A stretch of DNA of 64,000 nt from Candidatus Fermentibacteraceae bacterium (GCA_041750285.1 JBGSZS010000007.1:207700-271699); one strand, 5' to 3'. Counted from the stretch's first letter, positions 10,220-19,938 are shown. Translations and numbers: made by a program. The notes: generated from the sequence alone by a model not told the origin.

Positions 10220-11104
10220 TTGAAGCTTTCGGTGATAATCCCCGCCTTCAACGAAGAGCAGTCCATCGTCTCAACGGTTGAGCGGGTGAGGGATACGTTG
10301 TGCCGGTCCGGCATCGACGCAGGGATAATCGTTGTGAACGACGGCTCTACCGATGCCACGGGCCGTCTGGCCAAGTCCACCGGTGTCATGGTGCTCGACC
10401 ACGAACGCAACCTGGGCTACGGCGCATCGCTGAAAACGGGGATCCGCAACGCTTCATCCGATGTTGTAGCGATCATCGACGCCGACGGCACCTACCCCGT
10501 CGACCGCCTGCCCGACCTTCTCAATGCCATGCCCGGAGCCGAGATGGTCGTGGGCAGCAGGACGGGAGACACGGTACGCATTCCAATCGTGCGCAGACCG
10601 GCCAAGTGGGTCCTGAACAAACTGGCCAACCGTCTGACCGGAACCCGTATCCCCGACCTCAACTCGGGGTTGAGGGTATTCACGCGAAGCCTGGCTCTCC
10701 GTTACCTCAACCTTCTGCCCGAAGGATTCTCCTTCACCACCACGATAACGGTTGCTTCGCTCTGCGACGGCATCCCGGTACGCTTCATCCCCATCGACTA
10801 CCATACCCGTGAGGGTTCCTCGAAGATCAGGCCCGGCCACTTCCCCAACTTCCTCATGCTGGTGTTCAGGCTCGCAGTCCTTTTCAGGCCCCTGAAGGTC
10901 TTCCTTCCGGCATCCATGACCCTGTTCATCCTGGGACTTCTAAAGCTTTGCCTCGATTTTGCGATCGCCGTCGGCCATGTCGGTCTCACGCCAGACCTCG
11001 CAAGCTACCCCGTCATTTCCACGACAACGGTGATCTTTCTGGTTTCCAGTCTGCAGGTCCTTCTTGTGGGCATGGTCGCCGAGGCCCTGGCAGTAAGGCG
11101 GTAG
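10220..11104 (+). CDS. Glycosyltransferase family 2 (DPM1-like) with two C-terminal TM helices
   Basis: LSVIIPAFNEE, VNDGSTD, NLGYG, IDADGTY, DLNSGLR. Confidence 0.92.
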   Translation: MKLSVIIPAFNEEQSIVSTVERVRDTLCRSGIDAGIIVVNDGSTDATGRLAKSTGVMVLDHERNLGYGASLKTGIRNASSDVVAIIDADGTYPVDRLPDLLNAMPGAEMVVGSRTGDTVRIPIVRRPAKWVLNKLANRLTGTRIPDLNSGLRVFTRSLALRYLNLLPEGFSFTTTITVASLCDGIPVRFIPIDYHTREGSSKIRPGHFPNFLMLVFRLAVLFRPLKVFLPASMTLFILGLLKLCLDFAIAVGHVGLTPDLASYPVISTTTVIFLVSSLQVLLVGMVAEALAVRR

Positions 11105-11109
11105 TTCCG

Positions 11110-13065
11110 TTGTGCGGTTTTGCGGGAGTCCTTCTGGGAAGTCCCGGCGACAGGTCTCCTGAAAAAGATCTCGCGCTTCAGGCAATGTCAGCGGTCCTCT
11201 CCCACCGCGGCCCCGACGACGACGGTCTGCATTGGGAGGGTCCGTGCGGCCTCGCGCATCGCCGTCTGAGCGTGATCGACCTGTCCGCCGCGGGCCGTCA
11301 GCCAATGTCCAACGAAGACGGCAGTATCTGGATCGCCTACAACGGCGAGGTTTACAATTTCAACGAACTCAGGCGTGATCTCGGACTTGAGAGGGATTTT
11401 CGTTTCTGCTCCCGGACCGATACCGAGGTTCTGCTTCACCTATACGAGAAAATGGGCGCCGGCTTCCTCGGCCACCTCAACGGGATGTTCTCGCTCGCGA
11501 TCTGGGACTCCCGGCGGGACAGGCTGCTTCTGGCGCGTGACCCTTTCGGCATCAAGCCCCTTTTCCACATGGAACATGCCGGCGGTTTCTGGTTCGCCTC
11601 AGAGATAAAGAGCCTTCTGCAGGCACCGGCCTTTGTCAGAGAGCCTGATCCCGAAGCCATTTTCCATTACCTGGCCTGCAACTACATCCCGGGAACCCTC
11701 ACCCCTTTCCGGGGAATCAGCGAACTTGCGCCAGGTACCGCCATCGAGGTCAAACCCGGTTCCGGAGTGACTGCCCGGTGGAGTTTTTTCGATCTCGGGA
11801 GCAGACCGGACAACGGAATGGACGAGAAAACCGCTGTGGAAGAATCGCTGCGGCTGCTGCGCGAGTCTGTGAAAAGGCAGCTCATAAGCGATGTTCCGGT
11901 GGGGGTGATGCTTTCGGGGGGAATGGACTCGAGCGCCCTTACGGCCCTGATGGTCCATGCCAGGGGCGGGGCCGGTTTCCACACATTCTCCCTTGCGTTC
12001 GATGAGCCCAGCTTCGATGAATCGTCCTACGCCCGTCTCGTGGCCGGTACCATGGGTACGATCCACCATGAGATAGGGGTTTCTCCGGAGAAGGTCGAAG
12101 CCCTGCTGCCCGGATACCTCGCTCACATAGACGAGCCCTACGCGGACGGCTCGGCGATACCGACCTGGCTCCTTGCCGACGAGGCGGCCCCGCTTGTCAC
12201 TGTGCTCCTCTCGGGAGAGGGCGGCGACGAGCTGTTCGCTGGATACGACACCCATGCGGCCATGAAGGCCAGGAAGATTTACCGCCGTTTCGTCCCGGGC
12301 TTTCTAAGGCGCCTTCTGATCGTACCGGCGGTCAACGCCCTTCCCGTTTCCAACAGCAAGCTGAGTTTCGAGTTCAAGGCCAAGCGGTTCGCCGCGGGAT
12401 CCGAACTCGGGGTTGCCGAGTCCCACTTCGCCTGGCGGGCCGTACTCACAGGTGATGAGCGGCTGAGCGTTTATCCCGGTGCTTCCGTGAACCACCCGCC
12501 ATCCGATTCCTTCTTCACCGAAGTCTACGACGCCAGCCGCGGAGAAACCGATCTGGCAAGGATCCTTCGCATCGACACCTCGTGCCATCTTCCCAACGAC
12601 CTCATGATCAAGAACGACAGGATGACCATGGCCCACTCCATCGAAGCAAGGGTGCCCTTCACCGACACTGAGCTCTACCGGTTCATGGCCACCGTGCCCG
12701 ATGCACTCAGGCTGCCCGGCCTGAGGAAGAAGAACCTTCTCCGCAAGGCCATGGAGGGGATCCTTCCGGCAGGGGTGATCGCCAAGAAGAAGGTTGGCCT
12801 GGAGATGCCCTATTCGAAATGGTTCCGGAACGAGATGAAGGACTTTGCCCACGACTGCCTGTTCGATTCCGGCATCCTCGATGCAGGCATTCTTGCACGG
12901 GACGGGCTAAGGGAACTCTGGAACAGCCATCAGCAGGGCAGAAGGGACAACGGCCGCGCCCTCTGGGGAATCCTCAACCTCACGATGTGGTACGGGCTGT
13001 ACATCTCATCCGATGACTACAGGGGGTTCATTCGCCCCGGCAGAAGCAGGCTTCAGGGTGGGTGA
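11110..13065 (+). CDS. asnB: Asparagine synthase (glutamine-hydrolysing)-family amidotransferase
   Basis: TTG start gives an N-terminal (M)CGF nucleophile; HRGPD, HRRLSVID, NGEVYN, DTEV, RDPFGIKPL, LSGGMDSS, SGEGGDE, EARVPF. Confidence 0.92.
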   Translation: MCGFAGVLLGSPGDRSPEKDLALQAMSAVLSHRGPDDDGLHWEGPCGLAHRRLSVIDLSAAGRQPMSNEDGSIWIAYNGEVYNFNELRRDLGLERDFRFCSRTDTEVLLHLYEKMGAGFLGHLNGMFSLAIWDSRRDRLLLARDPFGIKPLFHMEHAGGFWFASEIKSLLQAPAFVREPDPEAIFHYLACNYIPGTLTPFRGISELAPGTAIEVKPGSGVTARWSFFDLGSRPDNGMDEKTAVEESLRLLRESVKRQLISDVPVGVMLSGGMDSSALTALMVHARGGAGFHTFSLAFDEPSFDESSYARLVAGTMGTIHHEIGVSPEKVEALLPGYLAHIDEPYADGSAIPTWLLADEAAPLVTVLLSGEGGDELFAGYDTHAAMKARKIYRRFVPGFLRRLLIVPAVNALPVSNSKLSFEFKAKRFAAGSELGVAESHFAWRAVLTGDERLSVYPGASVNHPPSDSFFTEVYDASRGETDLARILRIDTSCHLPNDLMIKNDRMTMAHSIEARVPFTDTELYRFMATVPDALRLPGLRKKNLLRKAMEGILPAGVIAKKKVGLEMPYSKWFRNEMKDFAHDCLFDSGILDAGILARDGLRELWNSHQQGRRDNGRALWGILNLTMWYGLYISSDDYRGFIRPGRSRLQGG

Positions 13066-14479
13066 TCCCAAACGGGTCGTGATCCTGGGCGGAGGCCCCG
13101 CCGGCCTCTGGACGGCCCTTGACCTTCTCCGTCTGCATCCGGGGCTGAGCGTAACCATCCTTGAAAGGGAAGAAATGCCGGGCGGCATTGCCGCAAGCTT
13201 CAAGGCCCACGGGCTCACATGGGACCTGGGCAGCCACAGGCTGCACCCGGCGGCATCGCCCGGAGTGATCGGTGACGTCAGGGGGCTGCCCGGCACGAAC
13301 CTTCTCAAACGTCCCAGGAACGGCAGGATCCTTCTCGAGGGAAGGTTTCTCGGATTTCCTCTGTCCCCCGCCGACATGGCCAGACACCTTCCTCCATCCT
13401 TTGCACTTGGAGTGCTTGTCGACGCTCTGGGCGCTCCCTTCCGGAGCCGGCCCGGGGCAGACGCGACTTTCGGGGCAATAATGATGGCGGGCCTTGGAAA
13501 AACGATCTGCCGCAGGTTCTATTTCCCCTACGCCGAGAAACTCTGGGGAATCCCCCCTGACGCGCTTGACGGCGAACAGGCCCGCAGAAGGGTATCGGCT
13601 GGAAACCTGGGAAGGATGTTTGGAAAACTCCTCCCCGCAAGGCGTTCCGGGATCGACAGAAGGTCGTTCCATTATCCCGCGGGGGGGTTCGGCTCCATCT
13701 TCGCAGCGGCTGCCCGGAAGTTTGAATCACTGGGAGGAACGCTTCTTAAGGGCGCGTTGGTCCGAAGTGTCACCCCTCCGACCTCCAAGGCAGCAGGACT
13801 TCTCGGGTATGAAAGGGCGCACGAAGACGCAACCCTTCCGGCGGACTTCATCTTTTCGACAATACCGGTCACCGACCTTGTTGCAGCCCTGGGCACAGTG
13901 GTCCCCGGCGATGTCAGGGCAGCAGCCTCATCGCTCTCGTACCGGTCCATGGTGCTTTGCTTTCTGGTGCTTGATTCGCCGCAGTTTTCCGTGTACGACG
14001 CCCATTACTTCCCGGGCCCGGAAACCCGCTTCTCCAGGGTCTCGGAACGGCAGAACTACGATGAAAGCAGGGAATCTCCCGGTTCAACCGGTCTTTGTCT
14101 GGAGATTCCCTGCTTCAGGTCCGACCCCCTCTGGTCGATGGACGACAGAGGGATACTCGGCATGGCCCTTCAAGACCTTTCAATCTCAGGCCTTCCGGTT
14201 TCCGGGGTGAAGTCCTTCTTCACGCGGAGGATCACCGAGGCTTACCCATCCTACCCTGCGGGGTGGCACCTGCACTTCGGGGCGATCGACAGCTGGCTGA
14301 CGGGGCTTTCCGGGCTGGTGACCCTTGGGCGGCAGGGGCTGTTCGTTCATGACAACACGCACCACGCGATGGAGATGGGCGCCCTGGCGGCCCGGTGTTT
14401 CGATCCCGCGGGCGGCTGGGATCGGGATGGATGGTCGGAGGCCAGGAGGCTTTTCAGGAAGAACGTGGTGGAGGACTGA
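13058..14479 (+). CDS. FAD-dependent oxidoreductase (protoporphyrinogen oxidase/UDP-galactopyranose mutase-like fold)
   Basis: GGGPAGL Rossmann motif, DLGSHR, YAEKLWG, FHYPAGGFG, GRQGLF..NTHHAM. Confidence 0.85.
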   Translation: MGDPKRVVILGGGPAGLWTALDLLRLHPGLSVTILEREEMPGGIAASFKAHGLTWDLGSHRLHPAASPGVIGDVRGLPGTNLLKRPRNGRILLEGRFLGFPLSPADMARHLPPSFALGVLVDALGAPFRSRPGADATFGAIMMAGLGKTICRRFYFPYAEKLWGIPPDALDGEQARRRVSAGNLGRMFGKLLPARRSGIDRRSFHYPAGGFGSIFAAAARKFESLGGTLLKGALVRSVTPPTSKAAGLLGYERAHEDATLPADFIFSTIPVTDLVAALGTVVPGDVRAAASSLSYRSMVLCFLVLDSPQFSVYDAHYFPGPETRFSRVSERQNYDESRESPGSTGLCLEIPCFRSDPLWSMDDRGILGMALQDLSISGLPVSGVKSFFTRRITEAYPSYPAGWHLHFGAIDSWLTGLSGLVTLGRQGLFVHDNTHHAMEMGALAARCFDPAGGWDRDGWSEARRLFRKNVVED

Positions 14480-14501
14480 TTGTCCCGCCCAGTGGCGTCC
14501 C

Positions 14502-14510
14502 TGTTATAAT
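14502..14510 (+). promoter_or_regulatory. Extended -10 promoter element (TGnTATAAT)
   Basis: TGTTATAAT in the intergenic gap, 35 nt upstream of ATG 14545. Confidence 0.55.
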
Positions 14511-14544
14511 CCGCATCATGACTCACATATCGATAGGGGAACCC

Positions 14545-16116
14545 ATGACCGACAAACGGGCCGGGTTTGCCGTCTGCCTTCTGGCGGTGGCCCTCATGGC
14601 GGTTCTTTCCGCCCTGTCCTTCCAGAAAAGCCTCACCGGCGACGAAGCCCTGACCGTCGCGCTGGCCCGTGGAGACTTCAATCGGATGGTCGACACCGTG
14701 GCACGTGAAAGCCACGTGCCCGGCTATCATGTGCTGCTCTGGCTCTGGATCCGCGCCTTCGGGGCAGGTCTTCCCGTTCTGAGGCTCTTCGCATTCATTC
14801 CCGTCGGCATCCTTGTTCTTGCAGGCTGCAGGTGTTTTCCCCGCTACGGTTACCTGGTGCTTTCCACAAGCCCATTCCTGCTGCATCTGGCCGTCGAGAT
14901 CAGGATGTACGGTCTCCTTGCCCTTGTTGGCATGGGCATCCTGCTGACCCTGAGAAGCCTTGCCGGAAGGTTCACCGCCCGGGGGTTCGCGGCGCTTGCG
15001 GCTTCCTGCGTGGCGGGGGTCTGGACCCTTCATTTCGCATGGCTTGCCGTGGCAGCTTCGCTGGCGGTCCTCATACGGCTGAAAAGGCCGCTTCACGCAT
15101 TGATCCTTGCCGTGATCGTTCTTGCGTCGTTCTCCCCATGGGCGCCCAACATGGTCAGGCAGTTCCACAGGTTCAGCCCCGGGGGCGAAAGCGGTGAATT
15201 CCAGATGTTCGAACTGGCAAGCCCGACCCAGAGGGTTCTCGGGGCGCCCTTTTCGATTGCCGGCACCCTGCTCCGGTTCGCTGCGGGAAACGGCGCTTTC
15301 CGGTTCAGCCTCTTTTCCCTGGGGACGCTCTCCCCCTGGGTCGCCGCGGGTTTTCTGCTTCTGGCGCTGACTCTCATCACGGCCTTTCTCGGCAGGCGTT
15401 ATCCTGGCTTCGGGGGATGGCTCCTTCTCCTCTTCGTCATGGTGCCGGTGAGCTTCCTCAGACCCAGCGCCAGACACTTTTCCCTTGCATATCCCGTGTT
15501 CGCGGCAATGGTCGCCTCGGGCATCTCCGGAGAAGGCTCTCTCAGAAGGGTTTTGAGGGTTTCCGTGCCGTTTTTGTCACTGGTGATGTGCGTTCCCTTC
15601 GTGACAAGGTCCACACTTCCGCAGCGCTGCACGTTCGACCGGGATTTCCGCGAGGCGGCCAGAATTGCGGGTGAAGCCGCGCAGGAAGGGAACGGAAGGC
15701 TTGTGGCCTACCTCGACACCCATTCGCTGTTGTGCGTCCAGTACCACCTCGACGAACAGGGCTTTTCCGGCGTGGAGCTCATCCACCCGCACATGGCGAG
15801 GCACTCTTCCGGATGGCTCATCTACTTCGAACCCGAAGACCTTGTGGCATTCCTGCTTTCCGATACCGATTCACTGGTTGCCACCTGGGGCACAGATTTC
15901 ATCCTGCTCGCCAACGACCCCCGGCTGGCCAGGGGTCCCCTTTTCGGCACCGGCAACACACTGATCGGCAGGGGCAGCGACATGATCGCGGATGTCGATC
16001 TGATGGAGTGTCTTGAGAAGCGTTTCATTCTGGAGAGGATCGCCCTCCCGGGAAGCCGGGGTCCCCTTTCCCTCTTTCGAGTCACCGGTTCCGGTGAGCA
16101 GCAAGGGAGTCCGTAA
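14545..16116 (+). CDS. Polytopic membrane protein, GT-C (GT39/PMT_2-like) glycosyltransferase
   Basis: SLTGDEA (DE motif after TM1), ESHVPGYH.LL.LW, EIRMYGL, many TM helices, soluble C-terminal domain. Confidence 0.7.
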   Translation: MTDKRAGFAVCLLAVALMAVLSALSFQKSLTGDEALTVALARGDFNRMVDTVARESHVPGYHVLLWLWIRAFGAGLPVLRLFAFIPVGILVLAGCRCFPRYGYLVLSTSPFLLHLAVEIRMYGLLALVGMGILLTLRSLAGRFTARGFAALAASCVAGVWTLHFAWLAVAASLAVLIRLKRPLHALILAVIVLASFSPWAPNMVRQFHRFSPGGESGEFQMFELASPTQRVLGAPFSIAGTLLRFAAGNGAFRFSLFSLGTLSPWVAAGFLLLALTLITAFLGRRYPGFGGWLLLLFVMVPVSFLRPSARHFSLAYPVFAAMVASGISGEGSLRRVLRVSVPFLSLVMCVPFVTRSTLPQRCTFDRDFREAARIAGEAAQEGNGRLVAYLDTHSLLCVQYHLDEQGFSGVELIHPHMARHSSGWLIYFEPEDLVAFLLSDTDSLVATWGTDFILLANDPRLARGPLFGTGNTLIGRGSDMIADVDLMECLEKRFILERIALPGSRGPLSLFRVTGSGEQQGSP

Positions 16117-16646
16117 TGACGAGTGAAGAGAGAACCGTGATCATCGGCCTTCTGAACAAAGCCAGGGCCATGGAGCTTCACGCCATCTCGCAGTACATGA
16201 ACCAGCACTACAACCTCGACGACATGGACTACGGCCTTCCGGCCGGCAAGGTGAAGCTCATCGCCATCGACGAGATGCGGCACGCGGAAGCATTCGCGGA
16301 GAGGATCAAGGAGCTGGGAGGTGAACCCCTGACCGACAGGGCCGCCAAGGTGCAGCACGGACAGGAGGTCGAGGTCATCTTCGGATTCGATGCCGGCCTC
16401 GAGGAAGACACGATCACCGCCTACAGCCATTTTCTGGCGAAGTGCCGCGAGGCTGGCGACAGCATCACTGCCGGGATATTCGAGACGGTCATAGCGGAGG
16501 AACAGATACACCTCAACTTCTTCGAAAACGAGAAGAAACACATCGGCAAACTCGGGGCGGCCTACCTTGCCACATGGGCCGGAACGTCATCGGCGACCGG
16601 TCTGCCCGCAGCGCTGGGATACGTTGCCACCCGGGGCGGGGAGTAG
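16116..16646 (+). CDS. bfr: Bacterioferritin (Desulfovibrio-like)
   Basis: AMELHAISQY, IDEMRHAE (heme Met), EEQIH, C-terminal YLA..AGT.S.TG tail. Confidence 0.9.
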   Translation: MTSEERTVIIGLLNKARAMELHAISQYMNQHYNLDDMDYGLPAGKVKLIAIDEMRHAEAFAERIKELGGEPLTDRAAKVQHGQEVEVIFGFDAGLEEDTITAYSHFLAKCREAGDSITAGIFETVIAEEQIHLNFFENEKKHIGKLGAAYLATWAGTSSATGLPAALGYVATRGGE

Positions 16647-16651
16647 GCACC

Positions 16652-17089
16652 ATCGGGCGGTTCCTTCTGTCCGCAGCGGGTGTTGTCCTGCTCGGAGCCG
16701 GGGTGCTGGGGGTCTTTCTTCCCCTGCTGCCGACCACTCCATTTCTACTCCTCGCGGCGGCGTGCTTCGTAAGGAGCTCGGACAGGCTCTACTCATCCCT
16801 CATGAGTCACCGCCTTCTCGGGCCGTACATCAGGAACTACCGTGAACACAGGTCGATAAGCAGGCGCGCCCTCGCATCCACCCTGGCATTCCTGTGGGCC
16901 ACACTTGCGGTATCGGCGTTTCTCGCTCCGTCAACTACTCCTGCGAGGCTGGTGCTGCTCGGGGTGGGTATCGGCGTAACGACGCACCTGCTCCGCCTGA
17001 AAAGACGCCCCGGCACTTGCGGCGGTACGGGAAGCGAAGCAATAATCGGGCATGGAAAGGGAGGAAACCGTAACAGGGACCATGAGTGA
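16652..17089 (+). CDS. YbaN/DUF454 family membrane protein (start uncertain)
   Basis: GVFLPLLPTTPFLLLAAACFVRSS, L.SHRLLGPYI signature; no ATG/GTG/TTG at the expected N-terminus. Confidence 0.85.
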   Translation: MGRFLLSAAGVVLLGAGVLGVFLPLLPTTPFLLLAAACFVRSSDRLYSSLMSHRLLGPYIRNYREHRSISRRALASTLAFLWATLAVSAFLAPSTTPARLVLLGVGIGVTTHLLRLKRRPGTCGGTGSEAIIGHGKGGNRNRDHE

Positions 17090-17231
17090 ATCAGACCAAC
17101 CCCCTCCGGGCAGTTTAGAGATTTTTGGGACCATTTTGACTTACCCTCTCTTCGGGCATTCTTCCCCGGGATCCTGACGATCCAACGGTTCGTCTCCACC
17201 CGGGGCCTGTCCGGGTGAAAGGAGGCGAACC
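17052..17231 (+). promoter_or_regulatory. Candidate mgtE leader: Pro-rich uORF (17052 or 17082 to 17177) plus alternative anti-SD and anti-anti-SD stems
   Basis: GGTTCGTCTCC (17187-17197) pairs with GGAGGCGAACC (17221-17231, containing the SD); GACGATCC (17176-17183) can pair with 17187-17194 instead. Confidence 0.5.
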
Positions 17232-17234
17232 CAG

Positions 17235-18611
17235 GTGAACCCCTTCGATGCCGATGTGCTGCGGGATCTTCTGGCCAGGGCCGACTATCCATCCATAGCC
17301 GTGCTGTGCGCGGAAAGCCATCCCGCAACCGCTGCCGATGTTCTCGAGGGTCTCTCACCCGAGCAGGTCCGCAACATACTCAGGCACCTCGAAGACGAGT
17401 TGCGCGCCGATATTTTCACCCATTTCAGCATTGATTTTCAGGTAGACATGATAACCCTGCTGAAACGCAGGGAGGTCGCGCGTCTCATGACGGACATGCC
17501 GCCCGACGACAGGGCAGACCTTTTCAAAAGCCTTCCGGAGGACCGCCGGCAGGTAATCCTTCCGGCGATGGCCCAGGCTGAGCGGGAGGACATCAGAAGG
17601 CTTACCGCCTACGAGGAGGGAACTGCCGGGGCGGTCATGACCTCGGACTACGCATCGCTTCAGCCCGACCTCACGGCCTCCGAGGCCATAGAGCGCCTCA
17701 GGGAGATAGCGCCCGACCGGGAAACGATCTACACGGCGTTCGTGGTGGACGGGCACAGGAAGCTTCTCGGGCACGTTTCTCTCAAGGACCTCATCGTGGC
17801 CCGCCGGGAGAAGCTGGTCGGCGACATAATGGAAACCGAGGTCATTTCAGCCCGGGTGTGCGACGACAGGGAGGAGGCTGCCCGCAAGATCCAGAAGTAC
17901 GACCTCATAGCCCTTCCGGTTGTGGACAGCTCCGACGCCCTCGTAGGGATAGTCACCCACGATGATGCTCTGGACATCATCACCCAGGAGCACACCGAGG
18001 ACATGGAGAAGTTCATGGCCATCGCGGGAAGCCACGATGCCGGGGCCTACCTGAGAACCAGCCCCCTCGAGCATTTCAGGAACAGGGTTTTCTGGGTGAC
18101 GGGGCTGGCGGTCCTCGGGCTTGTCTCGGGGTTCGTCATCCAGGGCTTCCAGGGGCTGCTTCTGCAGTTCGCGATCCTGGCCACGTTCATACCCATGCTT
18201 GCGGGTGCCGGCGGCAACACCGGCAGCCAGGCGGCAACCCTCGTCATAAGGGCGCTGTCGCTGAAGGAGCTGAGTTACCGGGACGTCGGCAGGATACTCT
18301 GGAAGGAGTTCAGGGTCGCCCTGATGCTGGGGGTGCTGCTGGGACTGGTCGCGTACGCCAGGGTCATGCTGATCGGGGGAGGGGCGTCGATCCCCGCAGG
18401 CTTCACACTTCACCAGATAGGCTCCGCCATTGCGCTTGCCCTTGCACTGCAAGTCGTTACGTCAACGTTGGCCGGCGCCATGCTTCCCCTCGGGGCATCG
18501 AGACTGAAACTGGATCCGGCCGTTGTAGCGAGCCCTGTTCTGGCTTCCTTTGTGGACATCACCGGAGTGGTCATCTACTTCATGACGGTCAAGCTGATTC
18601 TGGGGATATGA
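17235..18611 (+). CDS. mgtE: Magnesium transporter MgtE
   Basis: MgtE-N domain (HPA..AD, MPPDDRAD), TAGAVMT, CBS pair (YDLIALPVVD), GGNTGSQ, DPAVVASP...VDITG. Confidence 0.95.
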   Translation: MNPFDADVLRDLLARADYPSIAVLCAESHPATAADVLEGLSPEQVRNILRHLEDELRADIFTHFSIDFQVDMITLLKRREVARLMTDMPPDDRADLFKSLPEDRRQVILPAMAQAEREDIRRLTAYEEGTAGAVMTSDYASLQPDLTASEAIERLREIAPDRETIYTAFVVDGHRKLLGHVSLKDLIVARREKLVGDIMETEVISARVCDDREEAARKIQKYDLIALPVVDSSDALVGIVTHDDALDIITQEHTEDMEKFMAIAGSHDAGAYLRTSPLEHFRNRVFWVTGLAVLGLVSGFVIQGFQGLLLQFAILATFIPMLAGAGGNTGSQAATLVIRALSLKELSYRDVGRILWKEFRVALMLGVLLGLVAYARVMLIGGGASIPAGFTLHQIGSAIALALALQVVTSTLAGAMLPLGASRLKLDPAVVASPVLASFVDITGVVIYFMTVKLILGI

Positions 18612-18629
18612 GCGAGCCCGCAGGATGAG

Positions 18630-19322
18630 CTACACGAGCCTGAGCAACAGATAGACCCCACCCAGGGAAACAAGGACGCCCGAAACGGTCCGAAGCAGTT
18701 TCGCGGTCGTGCTCTGACCCGACCAGTCCACCACCCGCTGGATCCGCCCCGCGAAAGCGCCCATCAGAAGAACCACACCGGCATGTCCCACCGCGAACGC
18801 AAGGCCCAGGATCATGGCCTTCGCAGTTGAATCGAGGCTGAACATGACGGCAAGCACGGGGGCCATGAAGGCGAAGGTGCAGGGACCCAGGGCGGCGCCG
18901 AAAACCATTCCAAGAAGCAGGGCGGGGGAGCCGGCGCCCACACCGCCTTTGTTCAATCCGGGAACGGGCAGCTGGAAGAGCCCCGCGATCGAGAGACCCA
19001 CAACGACGAGGATCACGGCCAAAATACCCTCACCAAGCGGACCCACATCACCGGCCAGCCTGCCCAGAAGGTTCGTCACAACACCGATCACTCCGATGGA
19101 GACTGTCATCCCGAGGGCAAACAGAGCAGCGACCTTCATCGGCACGGCTCTCCCCGCATCGATCCCCCGGCTTCGCATGATGCACCCGAAAACGAGGGGA
19201 ATGCTCACGAGGTGGCAGGGACTGAGGACCATGCTGAGTACTCCCCAGACGAATGCGGCTGCCACGGCGAGGGTTGGCGAGGTGGAAAGGGCATCGTTGA
19301 GCGCGGTGAGGAAAGACCCCAC
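18630..19322 (-). CDS. ccdA: CcdA/DsbD-type thiol-disulfide transmembrane electron transporter
   Basis: LSPCHL..IPL and LGPCTFAF motifs, about six TM helices. Confidence 0.85.
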   Translation of the reverse strand: MGSFLTALNDALSTSPTLAVAAAFVWGVLSMVLSPCHLVSIPLVFGCIMRSRGIDAGRAVPMKVAALFALGMTVSIGVIGVVTNLLGRLAGDVGPLGEGILAVILVVVGLSIAGLFQLPVPGLNKGGVGAGSPALLLGMVFGAALGPCTFAFMAPVLAVMFSLDSTAKAMILGLAFAVGHAGVVLLMGAFAGRIQRVVDWSGQSTTAKLLRTVSGVLVSLGGVYLLLRLV

Positions 19323-19323
19323 C

Positions 19324-19707
19324 TCAGACGCCGTCTTCGTTCAGATAGCCGTGCTCCCTGAAGATCCCGAGCATGCCTTCGGCATCGATGTAGCCCTCGT
19401 GCCTGGCCAGCTCGACCCCCTCGGGCGAGAAGAATATCTGGGTGGGGATTATCCTGATGCGATAGTCTGATGCTGCGCTGCGATCCTGGTTGACGTCAAT
19501 GAACACCACTTCGAGCGAACCCTCCATGGTGGTCCTGAGGTGTTCCAGCTCCGGTTGCATCATCCTGCACGGTACGCATGACTCCGAACCAAGGTCCACG
19601 AGCCTGGGAAGACCGGAACCGATTGCGGCAGCCTCGTTCTCAGCAGCTTCGGGCCTTGAGCATGAAGCAATGAGAATGATGAAGAGCATGGTTATTGTCA
19701 GCCTCAT
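19324..19707 (-). CDS. Thioredoxin-family lipoprotein
   Basis: Lipobox LIAS-C, LVDLGSESCVPC, IIPTQIFF, RHEG. Confidence 0.88.
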   Translation of the reverse strand: MRLTITMLFIILIASCSRPEAAENEAAAIGSGLPRLVDLGSESCVPCRMMQPELEHLRTTMEGSLEVVFIDVNQDRSAASDYRIRIIPTQIFFSPEGVELARHEGYIDAEGMLGIFREHGYLNEDGV

Positions 19708-19937
19708 CTGGACAGCATCTCCTTCAGCTCCGCCTCACCGGGCAGCCTGCCGGCGAGGACCACTTTGCCGTCAATGGCCAGTGCCGGTGTGGACATCACG
19801 CCCATGGCCATTATGTCGTTGATCCTTGAAACCTTCTCGATCGAGTAGTCGAGTTTCAGCTCGTCCGCAGCCTTTGTGGCCATCTCTTCAAGTTTTTTGC
19901 ACTTGGGGCAACCCGTGCCCAGGACCTGTATCTTCAT
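19704..19937 (-). CDS. Small redox-active disulfide protein (MTH895/Thioredoxin_3 family)
   Basis: MKIQVLGTGCPKC...GVMSTPALAIDG. Confidence 0.92.
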   Translation of the reverse strand: MKIQVLGTGCPKCKKLEEMATKAADELKLDYSIEKVSRINDIMAMGVMSTPALAIDGKVVLAGRLPGEAELKEMLSR

Positions 19938-19938
19938 C

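Noticed and set aside
17090..17234. M-box (ykoK) riboswitch before mgtE
   Set aside because: The hallmark AGGTGAGGC...CCAATGGG...AAAGC elements are not present.
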